Shown here: piece by piece, positions 10,442 to 19,660 of the stretch
How the letters are laid out: the number at the start of each line of letters is the position of its first letter
How positions within the stretch are numbered: position 1 is the stretch's first letter
NCBI GenBank assembly: GCA_040767085.1
Contig: JAXGPF010000013.1
Span: 32,001 to 96,000, forward strand
Reading direction: 5' to 3'
From: Kiritimatiellia bacterium
GTDB taxonomy: Bacteria; Verrucomicrobiota; Kiritimatiellia; JAAZAB01
Length of the DNA: 64,000 nucleotides
Translations under genes and position numbers: made by a program
Notes under the pieces: generated by a model
Told to the model about the DNA's origin: nothing
The model's database searches: none
What the model saw: only the letters and a program-made list of their open reading frames with translations

Positions 10442-10870
10442 TTACCGGCGCTTGTATTCATCGCTCTTTTTCAACTCCTCCCGCACGCGCTTTTCCGACC
10501 AGCCGTCCTGGATGATGCGGTTGCGGTAGGTTTCCCGGCCGCTCTTGTCCGGCTTGCGCCCGAGAATGTCATCGTAGGCGCGGTCAATGATTTTATCGGC
10601 TTCGGCGCCCTTGTATTCCGCGCTCTTTTTCAGGTCCGTGCGCACTTGATTCTCCGACCAGTCGTCGTCAATCATCCGCTTGCGGTAAGTGCGCATGCCG
10701 TCGGCGTCGGGTTTGCGCCCCAGGATGTCTTCGTAAGCGCGGTTGATGGTCTTTTCCACGTCGTCCGCCGCGGCGGTCGCCGGGGTGCAGAGCCCCAACC
10801 CCAACCCCAATCCCAAGGCGCCCGCCGCCGCCAGCCGCGCCCATTTACGTCCGATTTTTGAATTTAACAT
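10442..10870 (-). CDS. Small secreted protein with two DUF4214-like repeats
   Basis: Signal peptide; two ~50-aa repeats IxRAYxDILGRKPDxxGxxTYR...WSE..VR..LKKSxEY. Confidence 0.8.
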   Translation of the reverse strand: MLNSKIGRKWARLAAAGALGLGLGLGLCTPATAAADDVEKTINRAYEDILGRKPDADGMRTYRKRMIDDDWSENQVRTDLKKSAEYKGAEADKIIDRAYDDILGRKPDKSGRETYRNRIIQDGWSEKRVREELKKSDEYKRR

Positions 10871-10920
10871 GTTGATCTCCCTGATTGTGAATAATGCGCA
10901 AACGGTGAAAATATTTCATA

Positions 10921-10948
10921 AAGATAGGCTTTCGGCGCGATTTGTCAA
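10921..10948 (-). promoter_or_regulatory. Putative sigma70 promoter of the secreted repeat protein
   Basis: Minus strand TTGACA-16 nt-TATCTT. Confidence 0.5.
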
Positions 10949-10991
10949 GCAACATGCGCCTGGATTATTGCTGGCATCAATGCCGCCCGCC

Positions 10992-11000
10992 TGCTATAAT
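10992..11000 (+). promoter_or_regulatory. Extended -10 element 6 nt upstream of ATG
   Basis: TGCTATAAT at 10992-11000, ATG at 11007. Confidence 0.55.
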
Positions 11001-11006
11001 CGGAGT

Positions 11007-11495
11007 ATGGATAAAATCATCGCCGGAATTTTCAAGAATTTCAATGTTGTCATGCTGGCGGCCGGGATTGCGGTTGGCCTGTGGACCGGCCGGCCGGGCC
11101 GGCGCGCCGAGCAGCTTTTCCGCTGGGTAAGTTTGCTGGGTGCGGGTATTGTGGGTTTATATGCCGCGGGCATGCACATTTTTTTCGGACCGCCGGCCGC
11201 CGCTAATATCGGCTGGCAACCATCGCCGTTTCAATACGAGGTGGGGATCGCCAATCTGGCGGTCGGGCTGCTGAGCGTCTTGTCGTTCCGTGCCAGCTAT
11301 GCGTTCCGCCTGGCCGCGGTCATGGGCCTCGCCTGTTGGCTTTGGGGGAACGCCGTTGGGCATATCCGGCAAATGATCGTTGCCGGGAATTTCGCCCCCG
11401 GCAACGCCGGCCCCTGGTTCTGGACGGATGTCCTGGTGCCGCTGTTGCTGATCGCTTTGCTGCGCCTGGCCCATTCCGAAGTCCGCCGGGGATAG
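11007..11495 (+). CDS. Membrane protein, DUF6790-like
   Basis: Several TM segments; IGWQPSPFQYEVGIANLA, GNFAPGNAG motifs. Confidence 0.75.
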   Translation: MDKIIAGIFKNFNVVMLAAGIAVGLWTGRPGRRAEQLFRWVSLLGAGIVGLYAAGMHIFFGPPAAANIGWQPSPFQYEVGIANLAVGLLSVLSFRASYAFRLAAVMGLACWLWGNAVGHIRQMIVAGNFAPGNAGPWFWTDVLVPLLLIALLRLAHSEVRRG

Positions 11496-11537
11496 AGTCC
11501 GGTCCCGATTGGGACGGCGTCATGGGCCGCGCCGACT

Positions 11538-12308
11538 TTATGGCAACCCTTTGTTTGCCGGCGCCGGAGGGACGGGTGCGGCCATTGCCCGGATGATCCG
11601 CAAGGCCTGATCCACCAGTTCCCGGCAGGCGATCCATTTCGACGGCGCCATTCCGATGCAGCCATGGCGGACCAGGCCAACCTCGTCCAATTGCCGGCCC
11701 AGGGCGCGGAAATCGAATTTGGGCCAGGCGGCTGCCGGGCCGGCGTCCAGCAACAGCAGCACCTGCACGTGATGGAAGATGGTGCAAACGTTGAAATCCA
11801 CGCCGATGAAAAGATACTTGGCGTTGTATTGATAAAGCTTGTCCCAGGGACTGCACGGGCCAAACGCGCCGCGCGATGCCCAGACGGGGCGGTCCACGGC
11901 ATTTTCACCGCCGTAGGCCAGCGCATGCCCGCTGGTGATGGCGGCAGCGAGCGGGCCGCGGGCGGCAACGGAATGCGTGGGGTTGTCGCTGCGCAGCACG
12001 CCGGGCCGCCGCCGGAATGTTTCCGGAATCAGGCCCGTGAAAGTCGGTTGCCCGGCCGCATGGAAAGCGCGGGCGATTTCTTCCGCCGACAACGCCTGCC
12101 AATCATATTTGCAGAGGGCGGGCAGCACCAGCGTGCCGGTCGGGCCCAGCGTTTCCAGGAAGGCGTCCAACACGGCGTCCGCGCCGCCTTCGACCCGGCC
12201 CATGCTTTTCAACGAGGAATGGAAAAAGACCAGGTCGCCTGCCTGGATGCCCAGGGCGGCCAGATGCCGCTTGATCTGCGGCTTGGTTGTTAATCCATCG
12301 GTATTCAT
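11538..12308 (-). CDS. AAC(3) family N-acetyltransferase
   Basis: HSSLKSMG, GTLVLP, TGLIPETFR, RSDNPTHS, CTIFH; ATGA overlap with nitroreductase. Confidence 0.88.
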   Translation of the reverse strand: MNTDGLTTKPQIKRHLAALGIQAGDLVFFHSSLKSMGRVEGGADAVLDAFLETLGPTGTLVLPALCKYDWQALSAEEIARAFHAAGQPTFTGLIPETFRRRPGVLRSDNPTHSVAARGPLAAAITSGHALAYGGENAVDRPVWASRGAFGPCSPWDKLYQYNAKYLFIGVDFNVCTIFHHVQVLLLLDAGPAAAWPKFDFRALGRQLDEVGLVRHGCIGMAPSKWIACRELVDQALRIIRAMAAPVPPAPANKGLP

Positions 12309-12850
12309 AAATACTGCCGGATGGCATCCAGAGGTTTCCGGATTTTGGGGCGGATGGCCGGCTCCGCGGGATAACCCAGGCAGATCAGGAATTCCAGCCG
12401 GCGGCCCGGCGGCAACGCCAGGGCGGATGCCGCCGCCTTGGCGTTGAACCAGCCGATCCAGCACGATCCCAGTCCTTCCGCCGCGGCTTGCAGCACCAAA
12501 TGTTCGCCGGCGATGCCGATATCCGCCAGATTGAATGGCGTACCGCGCCACCAGCCGGCGGCTGCGGCGGCGAATTTTGACCGTTCGGCGGCCACCGCCA
12601 CCAGCGCCGGCGCGCGGACGGCAAAATTAAAAACCGCGTAGATGCCGCTGAAAGCCGCTTCGGCCAGTTTCTGGCGGGCGGCCGGGGTGTCCGCCACCAG
12701 GAAAAACCAGGGCTGCGAATTGCAGGCGGAAGGCGCCAGGCGCGCCGCTTCCAGGCAACGCTCGATGCAGGGGCGCGGCACGGGATCGGGGCGGAAGGCG
12801 CGCGTGCTCTGGCGCCGGTTCACCAGTTCCAGGAAGGCATCAGCTTGCAT
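12305..12850 (-). CDS. Nitroreductase family protein
   Basis: RQSTRAF, APSACNSQPW, GLGSCWIG, LGYP. Confidence 0.92.
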   Translation of the reverse strand: MQADAFLELVNRRQSTRAFRPDPVPRPCIERCLEAARLAPSACNSQPWFFLVADTPAARQKLAEAAFSGIYAVFNFAVRAPALVAVAAERSKFAAAAAGWWRGTPFNLADIGIAGEHLVLQAAAEGLGSCWIGWFNAKAAASALALPPGRRLEFLICLGYPAEPAIRPKIRKPLDAIRQYL

Positions 12851-12861
12851 GACTTGCGGGT

Positions 12862-14442
12862 TCAGCCAAAATCGTAATAAACCGCGGAAACCGCCTGAAT
12901 GGAACGGCGGATTTCATCCAGCACTTCGGCGGGCACCGCCTGGTTGACGCGCAGAATGGCCAGGGATTGGTTGCTCTTCGCGTGATGCGGGTTGCGCGTG
13001 TCTTCGATGTTGATGTTGGCCTGGGCCAGTTTGACTCCGATCTGGCCCAGGACCCCGGGGCGGTCGCTGTAAATGAAGAAAAGCGTCGGACCCCGCGGCT
13101 CGAAATAGAGCTGATCGAAGTCGTTGATCCGGGCCACCATCAGCGTGCCCTCGGCCAGGGTGCCGCGGATACTGACGCGGCGCAGGCTCCCGGAGTCCTG
13201 GCTGGCAATCAGGTCAATCGTGAGCGAGTTATCGAACTTTTTGCGCGGATCGGTCGCGCGGTTGTTGAATTCGATGCCCATATCATTAAGATACTGCCGG
13301 GCGGATTTGTGATCCAGCGGCTGATCGACCTTGTCGCCCAGCGCGGTGACCACCGGAATCGTCAGCCAGTCGGAAAACGGCGCCAGCGAACCGTAAAAAC
13401 TGGTTTCCAGCGTCTTGAGTTGTGTGCCCGGCCCCAGCAGGTGGCGGCAAAGCCTGGTAATGATGAAAGCCAGGCGGCCGTAAGCTTCGTTCAAACCTTC
13501 GGGCACTGCGCGATTGACGATGAAACTGGTAATGCCCGATTCGTCCAGCGCGATCAACTCCTCCGCCGCGCGCCGCGCGGCGTTGGTGTTGGCCTCGACC
13601 GTGCTGGCGCCCAGGTGGGGCAGCATGATATCCGCGATGTCGGCAATCGGTTTCGGCCCGGCGGCATCCTTGGCGTACACGTCGTTGAGGAAACGTATCT
13701 GGCGCTCCGCCTTAACGCGGCGCAAGGCCTCTTCGTCAATGATGCCCGCCCGCGCGCAATTGATCAGCGTCGCGCCGGGGCGCATGCGGTCCAGCAGGCC
13801 GGCATCGATCATTTTGCGGGTTTCGTCGTTTTCCGGGATGTGCAGCGTGACGTAATCCGCCCGGGCAAACAAATCCGGCAATTCAACCAGTTCCACTGCC
13901 ATCTCGTCCGCGCGCTCCTGCGAGATCATGGGGTCGTACCCCAGCAGTTTCACTTCAAATCCTGCCAGCCGGCGGGCCACCAGTTGACCTATGTTGCCCA
14001 GACCCACGATGCCGACGGTTTTACCGGTGATTTCGCGGCCCATGTAACTGTTTTTTTCCCATTTGCCGGCGCGCGTGCTGACGTCGGCGGGAATGACATG
14101 GCGGGCATCGGCAAACATCAGGGCGATGACCTCTTCGGCAACGGCATTGGCATTGGCCCCCGGGGTGTTCATGACGTCAATGCCGCGCTTGCGGGCGTGC
14201 TTGATGTCAATATTGTCATAGCCCGAGCCGGCGCGCACGATGACTTTCAACCCGGGCAGTAAATCCATGATCTCGCGCGTAATTTTTTCGCTACGGACGA
14301 TCAGGGCATAGGCATCGGGATGGGCTTTGCAAAAGTCCGTCAGATCGGCAGGGACTTCCTGCACCACCCGGTACTTGCCGTGCGCTTCCAGAACTTCGCG
14401 GGCCACTGCTTCCAGTTTTGTCGGAATTAATATTTTTTTCAT
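12862..14442 (-). CDS. serA: D-3-phosphoglycerate dehydrogenase with C-terminal ACT domain
   Basis: RAGSGYDNID, GLGNIG, INCARAG, PHLGAST, DRPGVLG; start MKKILI at 14442. Confidence 0.9.
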   Translation of the reverse strand: MKKILIPTKLEAVAREVLEAHGKYRVVQEVPADLTDFCKAHPDAYALIVRSEKITREIMDLLPGLKVIVRAGSGYDNIDIKHARKRGIDVMNTPGANANAVAEEVIALMFADARHVIPADVSTRAGKWEKNSYMGREITGKTVGIVGLGNIGQLVARRLAGFEVKLLGYDPMISQERADEMAVELVELPDLFARADYVTLHIPENDETRKMIDAGLLDRMRPGATLINCARAGIIDEEALRRVKAERQIRFLNDVYAKDAAGPKPIADIADIMLPHLGASTVEANTNAARRAAEELIALDESGITSFIVNRAVPEGLNEAYGRLAFIITRLCRHLLGPGTQLKTLETSFYGSLAPFSDWLTIPVVTALGDKVDQPLDHKSARQYLNDMGIEFNNRATDPRKKFDNSLTIDLIASQDSGSLRRVSIRGTLAEGTLMVARINDFDQLYFEPRGPTLFFIYSDRPGVLGQIGVKLAQANINIEDTRNPHHAKSNQSLAILRVNQAVPAEVLDEIRRSIQAVSAVYYDFG

Positions 14443-14576
14443 AGTCCGGAATGGTAGGGTTACAGGATTAAATGTTTGATGCCAGGATGCAGTTATGCGA
14501 ATTAAACGAAGCAATTGTAAGTCATAACACATTCGTCTGCAATAAAAAACCGGTTGGCCGAAGGGCGCATATTTAT

Positions 14577-14605
14577 TTGACATATTAGTGTTGAATGATT
14601 AGCAT
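14577..14605 (+). promoter_or_regulatory. Putative sigma70 promoter
   Basis: TTGACA-17 nt-TAGCAT in an AT-rich divergent intergenic region. Confidence 0.6.
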
Positions 14606-14651
14606 ATGGTTATAAAAAATTTGTATGTCTTATTTGCTGGAAGGTATCAAG

Positions 14652-16031
14652 ATGTCACATCTGAAAAAATGGTTTTTTTTGCCTGGCCTGGCATGCGGAA
14701 TACTTGGATTGCTGTGCTTTTCTATTCTGGCTGATGGCGTACCCGCGCCGGCCGCAGAGAAGCCGGCGGCCAAGGCAGCCGTCCAGCCGCCGGCCGCCGC
14801 GGCGGAAGTGAAGAAACCGGAACCGCCGCCCGCCCCGGCGGTAGAAAAACCGGTGGCCATGGACGATTTGGATGATTTTTTTGAGCAGTCAAGCGCCGAA
14901 GTGGAGGCCCTGCCGGAGATCGTTCCGCCTGCGGGATCACTGAAGGATGCCGCTGCCGTTGCGCCAGCGGGCGCGGTGCGCAAGGCCGGCAAGCGCGATT
15001 TGTGGCGGGTGGGCGCGGGGATGCTCTGGCGCTCGCTTAAGACTCGTTCCTGGAACAGCGCGTCGTATGCCCGGGATTATCCTATTGCGGATAAATCGTC
15101 GGACGATGCCGGGGGCGGCGGCGGAACTTACAAGGATGGCTATGTGCGCACGGATGAGTGGACCGGCCAGGATCGGGAAACCTGGAATTGGGGTTACGAT
15201 AATCCCGGCCAGATGGATGGCAATATCCTGCGCTTGGCATCGAGCGGGCGCGTGGTGACCGATTTTGACCGCGATACTTCCGTGAGCGAAGGGCGCTATG
15301 CCGATTCCGGCGAAAACGAGCCGGGCATATACGTTTTCGCGCAGCGTAAAGTTCTCCGTGAACCTAACTGGGATTGCCGTTTACACCTGGACTTCATGCG
15401 CATCGGCTCGTCCGTCAGCGGCGCCGCCGCGAATTTCCGCGATGAGCAGCGCTGGGAAACCCGCGAAGAAAACCGCGTGGACTTTTTTGCGCTGGATGGC
15501 GCCGCCCTCGGCGGGAGCAGCACCCCGTACCAGGGCACCTACGCTGGTCCGGGCCCCTGCATTTCCACTACACCGCTGCGCAGTTCAAACGCCGGCGGCA
15601 GGGTGGTGGACGAAGGTTCGTACACGGCCTTCAATGCCATCAAACATGATTTGGATCTGCAACTGCTGACATTTTCGATGGGATTGTCGCTCAATTACCA
15701 ATTCCGGCGTTTAACGCTCGGCGGCGCCACCGGCCCCACGATCAACCTGGCGGAAACAGACGCCGTGTACCAGGAAACCTTATATGAAAGCTGGAATGGG
15801 GGCCCGGCGAGTGTGCTCAAGGAATGGCGTGACGCCGAGGATGATACCGAGGCTATCTTCGGTTATTTTGTGCAGGCGGAAGCCGGCTTGCGCATCACCA
15901 GTTGGGTGGAACTGGCCATTTTCGGCCGTTACGACTGGTTGGAAAACATCAACCGTGATATCGGCCCGTCCCGCTATGTCATCAATCCCGAAGGCGGGTC
16001 GCTGGGCGGATCGCTGAGCCTGATTTTCTGA
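14652..16031 (+). CDS. Putative outer-membrane beta-barrel protein with Pro/Ala-rich N-terminal linker
   Basis: Signal peptide, amphipathic beta strands, C-terminal Phe (SLSLIF). Confidence 0.7.
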   Translation: MSHLKKWFFLPGLACGILGLLCFSILADGVPAPAAEKPAAKAAVQPPAAAAEVKKPEPPPAPAVEKPVAMDDLDDFFEQSSAEVEALPEIVPPAGSLKDAAAVAPAGAVRKAGKRDLWRVGAGMLWRSLKTRSWNSASYARDYPIADKSSDDAGGGGGTYKDGYVRTDEWTGQDRETWNWGYDNPGQMDGNILRLASSGRVVTDFDRDTSVSEGRYADSGENEPGIYVFAQRKVLREPNWDCRLHLDFMRIGSSVSGAAANFRDEQRWETREENRVDFFALDGAALGGSSTPYQGTYAGPGPCISTTPLRSSNAGGRVVDEGSYTAFNAIKHDLDLQLLTFSMGLSLNYQFRRLTLGGATGPTINLAETDAVYQETLYESWNGGPASVLKEWRDAEDDTEAIFGYFVQAEAGLRITSWVELAIFGRYDWLENINRDIGPSRYVINPEGGSLGGSLSLIF

Positions 16032-16048
16032 GCGCCGCCGCGTCTGGT

Positions 16049-18220
16049 TTATCCGCGCAGCCTGGCGCACAGGGCCGTCTGACGGCGCATGATCCGGTTG
16101 TTGTGAATGGCGATTGCCACCGCCTTGTGCGATCCCATGAGGCACACCAGTCGCCGCCCGCGCGTGATGGCCGTGTATAACAGGTTGCGCTGCAGCAGGT
16201 GAAAATGCTGGGTTGCGACCAGGATCACCACCGCCGGGTATTCGCTGCCTTGCGATTTGTGGATGGAGCAGGCATAGGCCAGGCTCAATTCATCCAGTTC
16301 CATCGCCTTGTACCCCACCGGCTGCCCGTCAAAATCCACGGTTAATTGCCGTCCGGCGGGATCCACCTCGGCGATGAAGCCAATGTCGCCGTTATACACG
16401 TTCTTGTCGTAATTGTTCCGCAGTTGCATGACGCGGTCGCCCAGGCGGTAGGTCCAGGCATTGTATTGCACGGCGGGTCCCGCGGGATTAATCGCCGCCT
16501 GCAGCGCCAGGTTCAATGCGTCGGCTCCCAGTTGATTGCGGCGCATGGGGGACAACACCTGGATTTCCGTGCGCGGATCCAGGTTGAAGCGCGCGGGAAT
16601 GCGGCGGGAGGCGAATTCCACTGCGCGGGCGGCCAGGCGGTCGGGATCGTCTTCCGGCACAAAGTAAAAATCGGACGGCGCGCCGGTATCCGGCAATTCC
16701 AGCATCCGCCCGTCATTGACGAGGTGGGCGTTATGCACAATCCAGCTGCGGTCATGCTGGCGGAAAATCCGCTCCAGCTTGACGCTGGGAATCGCGCCGG
16801 ATTCCAGCAGGTCCCGCAGGACGTTGCCTGGTCCGACGCTGGGCAATTGATCGGCATCGCCCACCATCACCAGGCGCGCATGTCCGGGCAGGGCGCGCAG
16901 GAAGGCGTACATCAAGGCGATATCCACCATGGAGGTTTCGTCCAGGATGAACGCGTCGCCCGGCAGCGGGTTTTGCGTGTCATGCTCGAATCCGCCCCCC
17001 GGCCGGAATTTCAGCAGCCGATGGATGGTCATGGCGGGGTGGGCGGTGGCCTCTTCCATCCGCTTGGCAGCGCGGCCGGTGGGCGCGGCCAGGCGCACCT
17101 GCAATTTTTTCACGCGCCAGATGTCGGCCAGGGCCTTAATGATGGTGGTTTTACCGACGCCGGGTCCGCCGGTGATCACCGAAACTTTTTCCGTCAAGGC
17201 CATGACCAGCGCCCGGCGCTGCGCCGGCGCGAATTCCAGGCGCATGCGCGCCATGGCCCAGTCCAGCGCTTTGGCAGGGTCCAGCGCCAGCGCCGGCGCG
17301 GCGTGTCCGCGCAGGCGGGCGATCTGGCGGGCCGCGCCGGCCTCCGCCTGGTACAGGGCCGGCAGGTAAATGCGGTCCTCTTCCGCGCTGACGGCCCGGG
17401 TGTCAACCGCGGCGGCCAGGGCCTGTTCGAGAATGGGGGTTGGGATGGCCAACAAACTGGCGGCTTCCGCCAGCAGCTGTTCGCGGCTGGCATAACAATG
17501 CCCCTCGTCCGCCATGGTCTGCAGGGTATGAATGATGCCCGCGGCGGCGCGATGGATGGAGTCGGCGGGGATGCCGATGCTGCGCGCGATGCGGTCGGCG
17601 GTTTTAAAGCCGATCCCCCAGATGTCGGTTGCCAGGCGGTAGGGATTTTCGCGGATCAGGTTGATGGATTGTTCGCCATAGGCGCGATGAATGCGGCTGG
17701 CCTGGGCGGCGCCGATGCCGTGGGCGTGCAGGAAAATCATGATGTCCCGCACGGTTTTCTGGGCGTTCCAGGCGGCCTTGATCTGTTCCCGGCGCTTGCG
17801 CCCGATGCCTTCCACCGCTTCCAGCCGCGCGGACTCGCGCTCGATGATCTCCAGGGTTTGCGCGCCGAACTTTTTTACCAGGCGCTCGGCCAGCACCGGG
17901 CCGATACCGTCTATCATGCCGCTGCCCAGGTAACGCCGGATGCCGTCCAGCGAGGTGGGCGCGGAACAGACGATTTTGGAAGCATGAAATTGCGCGCCGT
18001 GGACTTTGTGGTGCTGCCATTGTCCTTCGGCTTCCAGGGTTTCACCGTCCCAGATGGCGGCGCAGTTGCCGACCACGGTGAAAGGGCGCGCGGGACCGCG
18101 GCCGCCGCGGGGATCTTTTAACACGCAAACCGTGTAGCCGGTTTCCGGATTGCGGAAAACGATATGATCCACGACGCCGGCAATTTTCACAATCTCTGAA
18201 TTTGAGTTTCTGGCTTTCAA
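16049..18220 (-). CDS. recD2: ATP-dependent RecD-like DNA helicase (RecD2)
   Basis: N-terminal OB/HhH region (GIGPVLA, GIGFKTAD), GGPGVGKTT, DETSM, HKSQGSEY; start could be GTG at 18190. Confidence 0.95.
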   Translation of the reverse strand: MKARNSNSEIVKIAGVVDHIVFRNPETGYTVCVLKDPRGGRGPARPFTVVGNCAAIWDGETLEAEGQWQHHKVHGAQFHASKIVCSAPTSLDGIRRYLGSGMIDGIGPVLAERLVKKFGAQTLEIIERESARLEAVEGIGRKRREQIKAAWNAQKTVRDIMIFLHAHGIGAAQASRIHRAYGEQSINLIRENPYRLATDIWGIGFKTADRIARSIGIPADSIHRAAAGIIHTLQTMADEGHCYASREQLLAEAASLLAIPTPILEQALAAAVDTRAVSAEEDRIYLPALYQAEAGAARQIARLRGHAAPALALDPAKALDWAMARMRLEFAPAQRRALVMALTEKVSVITGGPGVGKTTIIKALADIWRVKKLQVRLAAPTGRAAKRMEEATAHPAMTIHRLLKFRPGGGFEHDTQNPLPGDAFILDETSMVDIALMYAFLRALPGHARLVMVGDADQLPSVGPGNVLRDLLESGAIPSVKLERIFRQHDRSWIVHNAHLVNDGRMLELPDTGAPSDFYFVPEDDPDRLAARAVEFASRRIPARFNLDPRTEIQVLSPMRRNQLGADALNLALQAAINPAGPAVQYNAWTYRLGDRVMQLRNNYDKNVYNGDIGFIAEVDPAGRQLTVDFDGQPVGYKAMELDELSLAYACSIHKSQGSEYPAVVILVATQHFHLLQRNLLYTAITRGRRLVCLMGSHKAVAIAIHNNRIMRRQTALCARLRG

Positions 18221-18233
18221 ATTTGAGATTATG
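18188..18233. repeat. AT-rich imperfect palindrome of TTTGAG/CTCAAA-type units
   Basis: aatctctgaatttgag...ttcaaatttgagatt overlapping the recD2 start region. Confidence 0.55.
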
Positions 18234-18236
18234 ATT

Positions 18237-18815
18237 TCATGACGGCGGCGGCGGGATAGGCAGGCGCAGCGTCAGCCCGCCCGCCGCCTGCACTTCGAGA
18301 CTTTTGCGGAAAGAAGCTGGCGCCGGACGCGGCGGCGGCGCCGGTGTGACCGCCGGGGCAGCGGCGGCGGTACTGGACGCCGGGACCGGCATTTCCGCCA
18401 GGCCCGCCGGTGCGGGCGTGGCGCGCGCGGATGGCGCGGGCACGGCGGCAGGAGGCGCAGGGACAGCCGGCGCCGCGCCCATGCCCGCTTCCGCGGATTC
18501 AGGCCGCCGGCCGGAGTAGACCAGCGCCAGGAGGTCTTCGCGCGATTTTTCGGACAACTGCCGCTCTTCCTGGAGTTGACGCAACACGCCGTGGGTAAAC
18601 CAAGCGCCGCCGGCCAGGATCAAGAGAAAAATCAAGCCAATAGCGGCGACAATCCCGGCGAATTCCCGGCGGGCTCGCCGGCGTTCGTGGGCCAGCATGT
18701 GTTCCATCAGGCGGTTCAGTTCTTCCATGGAAGGGACCACCACTGGCTTGACCGGCAGCTGGCGTTCGACTTCCGGGTGCAAAATTTCCGGCCTGGATTT
18801 TTTCTTTTTGCTCAT
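18237..18815 (-). CDS. Hypothetical single-pass membrane protein with Pro/Ala-rich C-terminus
   Basis: One TM helix, coiled segment, low-complexity tail; fits between tRNA promoter and recD2. Confidence 0.7.
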   Translation of the reverse strand: MSKKKKSRPEILHPEVERQLPVKPVVVPSMEELNRLMEHMLAHERRRARREFAGIVAAIGLIFLLILAGGAWFTHGVLRQLQEERQLSEKSREDLLALVYSGRRPESAEAGMGAAPAVPAPPAAVPAPSARATPAPAGLAEMPVPASSTAAAAPAVTPAPPPRPAPASFRKSLEVQAAGGLTLRLPIPPPPS

Positions 18816-18849
18816 GTATGTATCTCCCACCAGCATGCATTTAAAATAC

Positions 18850-18879
18850 TTGAATTCAGCGGGCAATGCAATGTATAAT
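18850..18879 (+). promoter_or_regulatory. Putative promoter of tRNA-Leu/rdgB
   Basis: TTGAAT-18 nt-TATAAT followed by a GC-rich segment. Confidence 0.6.
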
Positions 18880-18910
18880 TCCGCCGCTCAAGAAGATGCT
18901 TCAGTCGCAC

Positions 18911-18996
18911 GCACGGGTGGCGGAATGGCAGACGCGTTAGTTTGAGGGGCTAATGACAGCAATGTCGTGCGGGTTCGATCCCCGCCCCGTGCACCA
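18911..18996 (+). tRNA. tRNA-Leu (anticodon GAG)
   Basis: Acceptor GCACGGG/CCCGTGC, D-loop GGAATGGCAGAC, anticodon loop TTGAGGG, long variable arm, GGTTCGATCCC, encoded CCA. Confidence 0.96.
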
Positions 18997-19008
18997 CACA
19001 TCCCCCCG

Positions 19009-19623
19009 ATGAAAATAGCCTTGGCCAGCCGCAATCCGCACAAACTGGATGAAATCCGCCGTATCTTGAATTGCGCGGAGATGGAATGGCTGGAACCCGC
19101 CGCCTTGGCCGACATGCCGGAAGTCGAGGAAGACGGGCTGACGTTCGCCTCGAATGCCATCAAGAAAGCCATGATGGCGGCTTTTTACGCCAAATGCTGG
19201 GCCCTGGCGGACGACTCCGGCCTGGAAGTGACGGCGTTGCAGGGCGCCCCGGGCGTAATGTCCGCCCGCTATGCCGGCACTCCCAGGGACGACGCGGCCA
19301 ATAACGGCAAGTTGCTCCGGGAACTGGCCGGCGCGCCGGACCGGACCGCCCGTTTCTGTTGCGTGGTGGCCCTGGCCAGTCCGTGCGGCCGGGCGCAGGT
19401 GGTGGAGGGTTTCTGTCCCGGCCGGATCATTGAAGCCCAACGCGGCGACCAGGGATTCGGCTATGATCCGCTGTTCGTTCCCGACGGGCATGAGCAGACT
19501 TTCGCGGAAATGGACGCCGCACTGAAAAACCGCATCTCGCACCGCGCGCGCGCCTTCGAACAGGCGCGCGGCAAATGGGGCGTCTTGTTCCGCGGCGACT
19601 ACGCCGATTGGCCCGCGCGGTAA
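19009..19623 (+). CDS. rdgB: Non-canonical purine NTP pyrophosphatase (RdgB/HAM1)
   Basis: ASRNPHK, ADDSGL, APGVMSARY, GFGYDP, KNRISHR. Confidence 0.95.
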   Translation: MKIALASRNPHKLDEIRRILNCAEMEWLEPAALADMPEVEEDGLTFASNAIKKAMMAAFYAKCWALADDSGLEVTALQGAPGVMSARYAGTPRDDAANNGKLLRELAGAPDRTARFCCVVALASPCGRAQVVEGFCPGRIIEAQRGDQGFGYDPLFVPDGHEQTFAEMDAALKNRISHRARAFEQARGKWGVLFRGDYADWPAR

Positions 19624-19660
19624 AGCCGCTTCTGCGGGCTTGCCCCGCCGGTGAATGAGG

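Noticed and set aside
11538-12308. AAC(3) as an acquired resistance gene
   Set aside because: No mobile context, host-like composition, and the family includes many non-resistance members
18911-18996. tRNA-Leu as an integration site
   Set aside because: No integrase or duplicated tRNA 3' end was seen; rdgB follows 12 nt later
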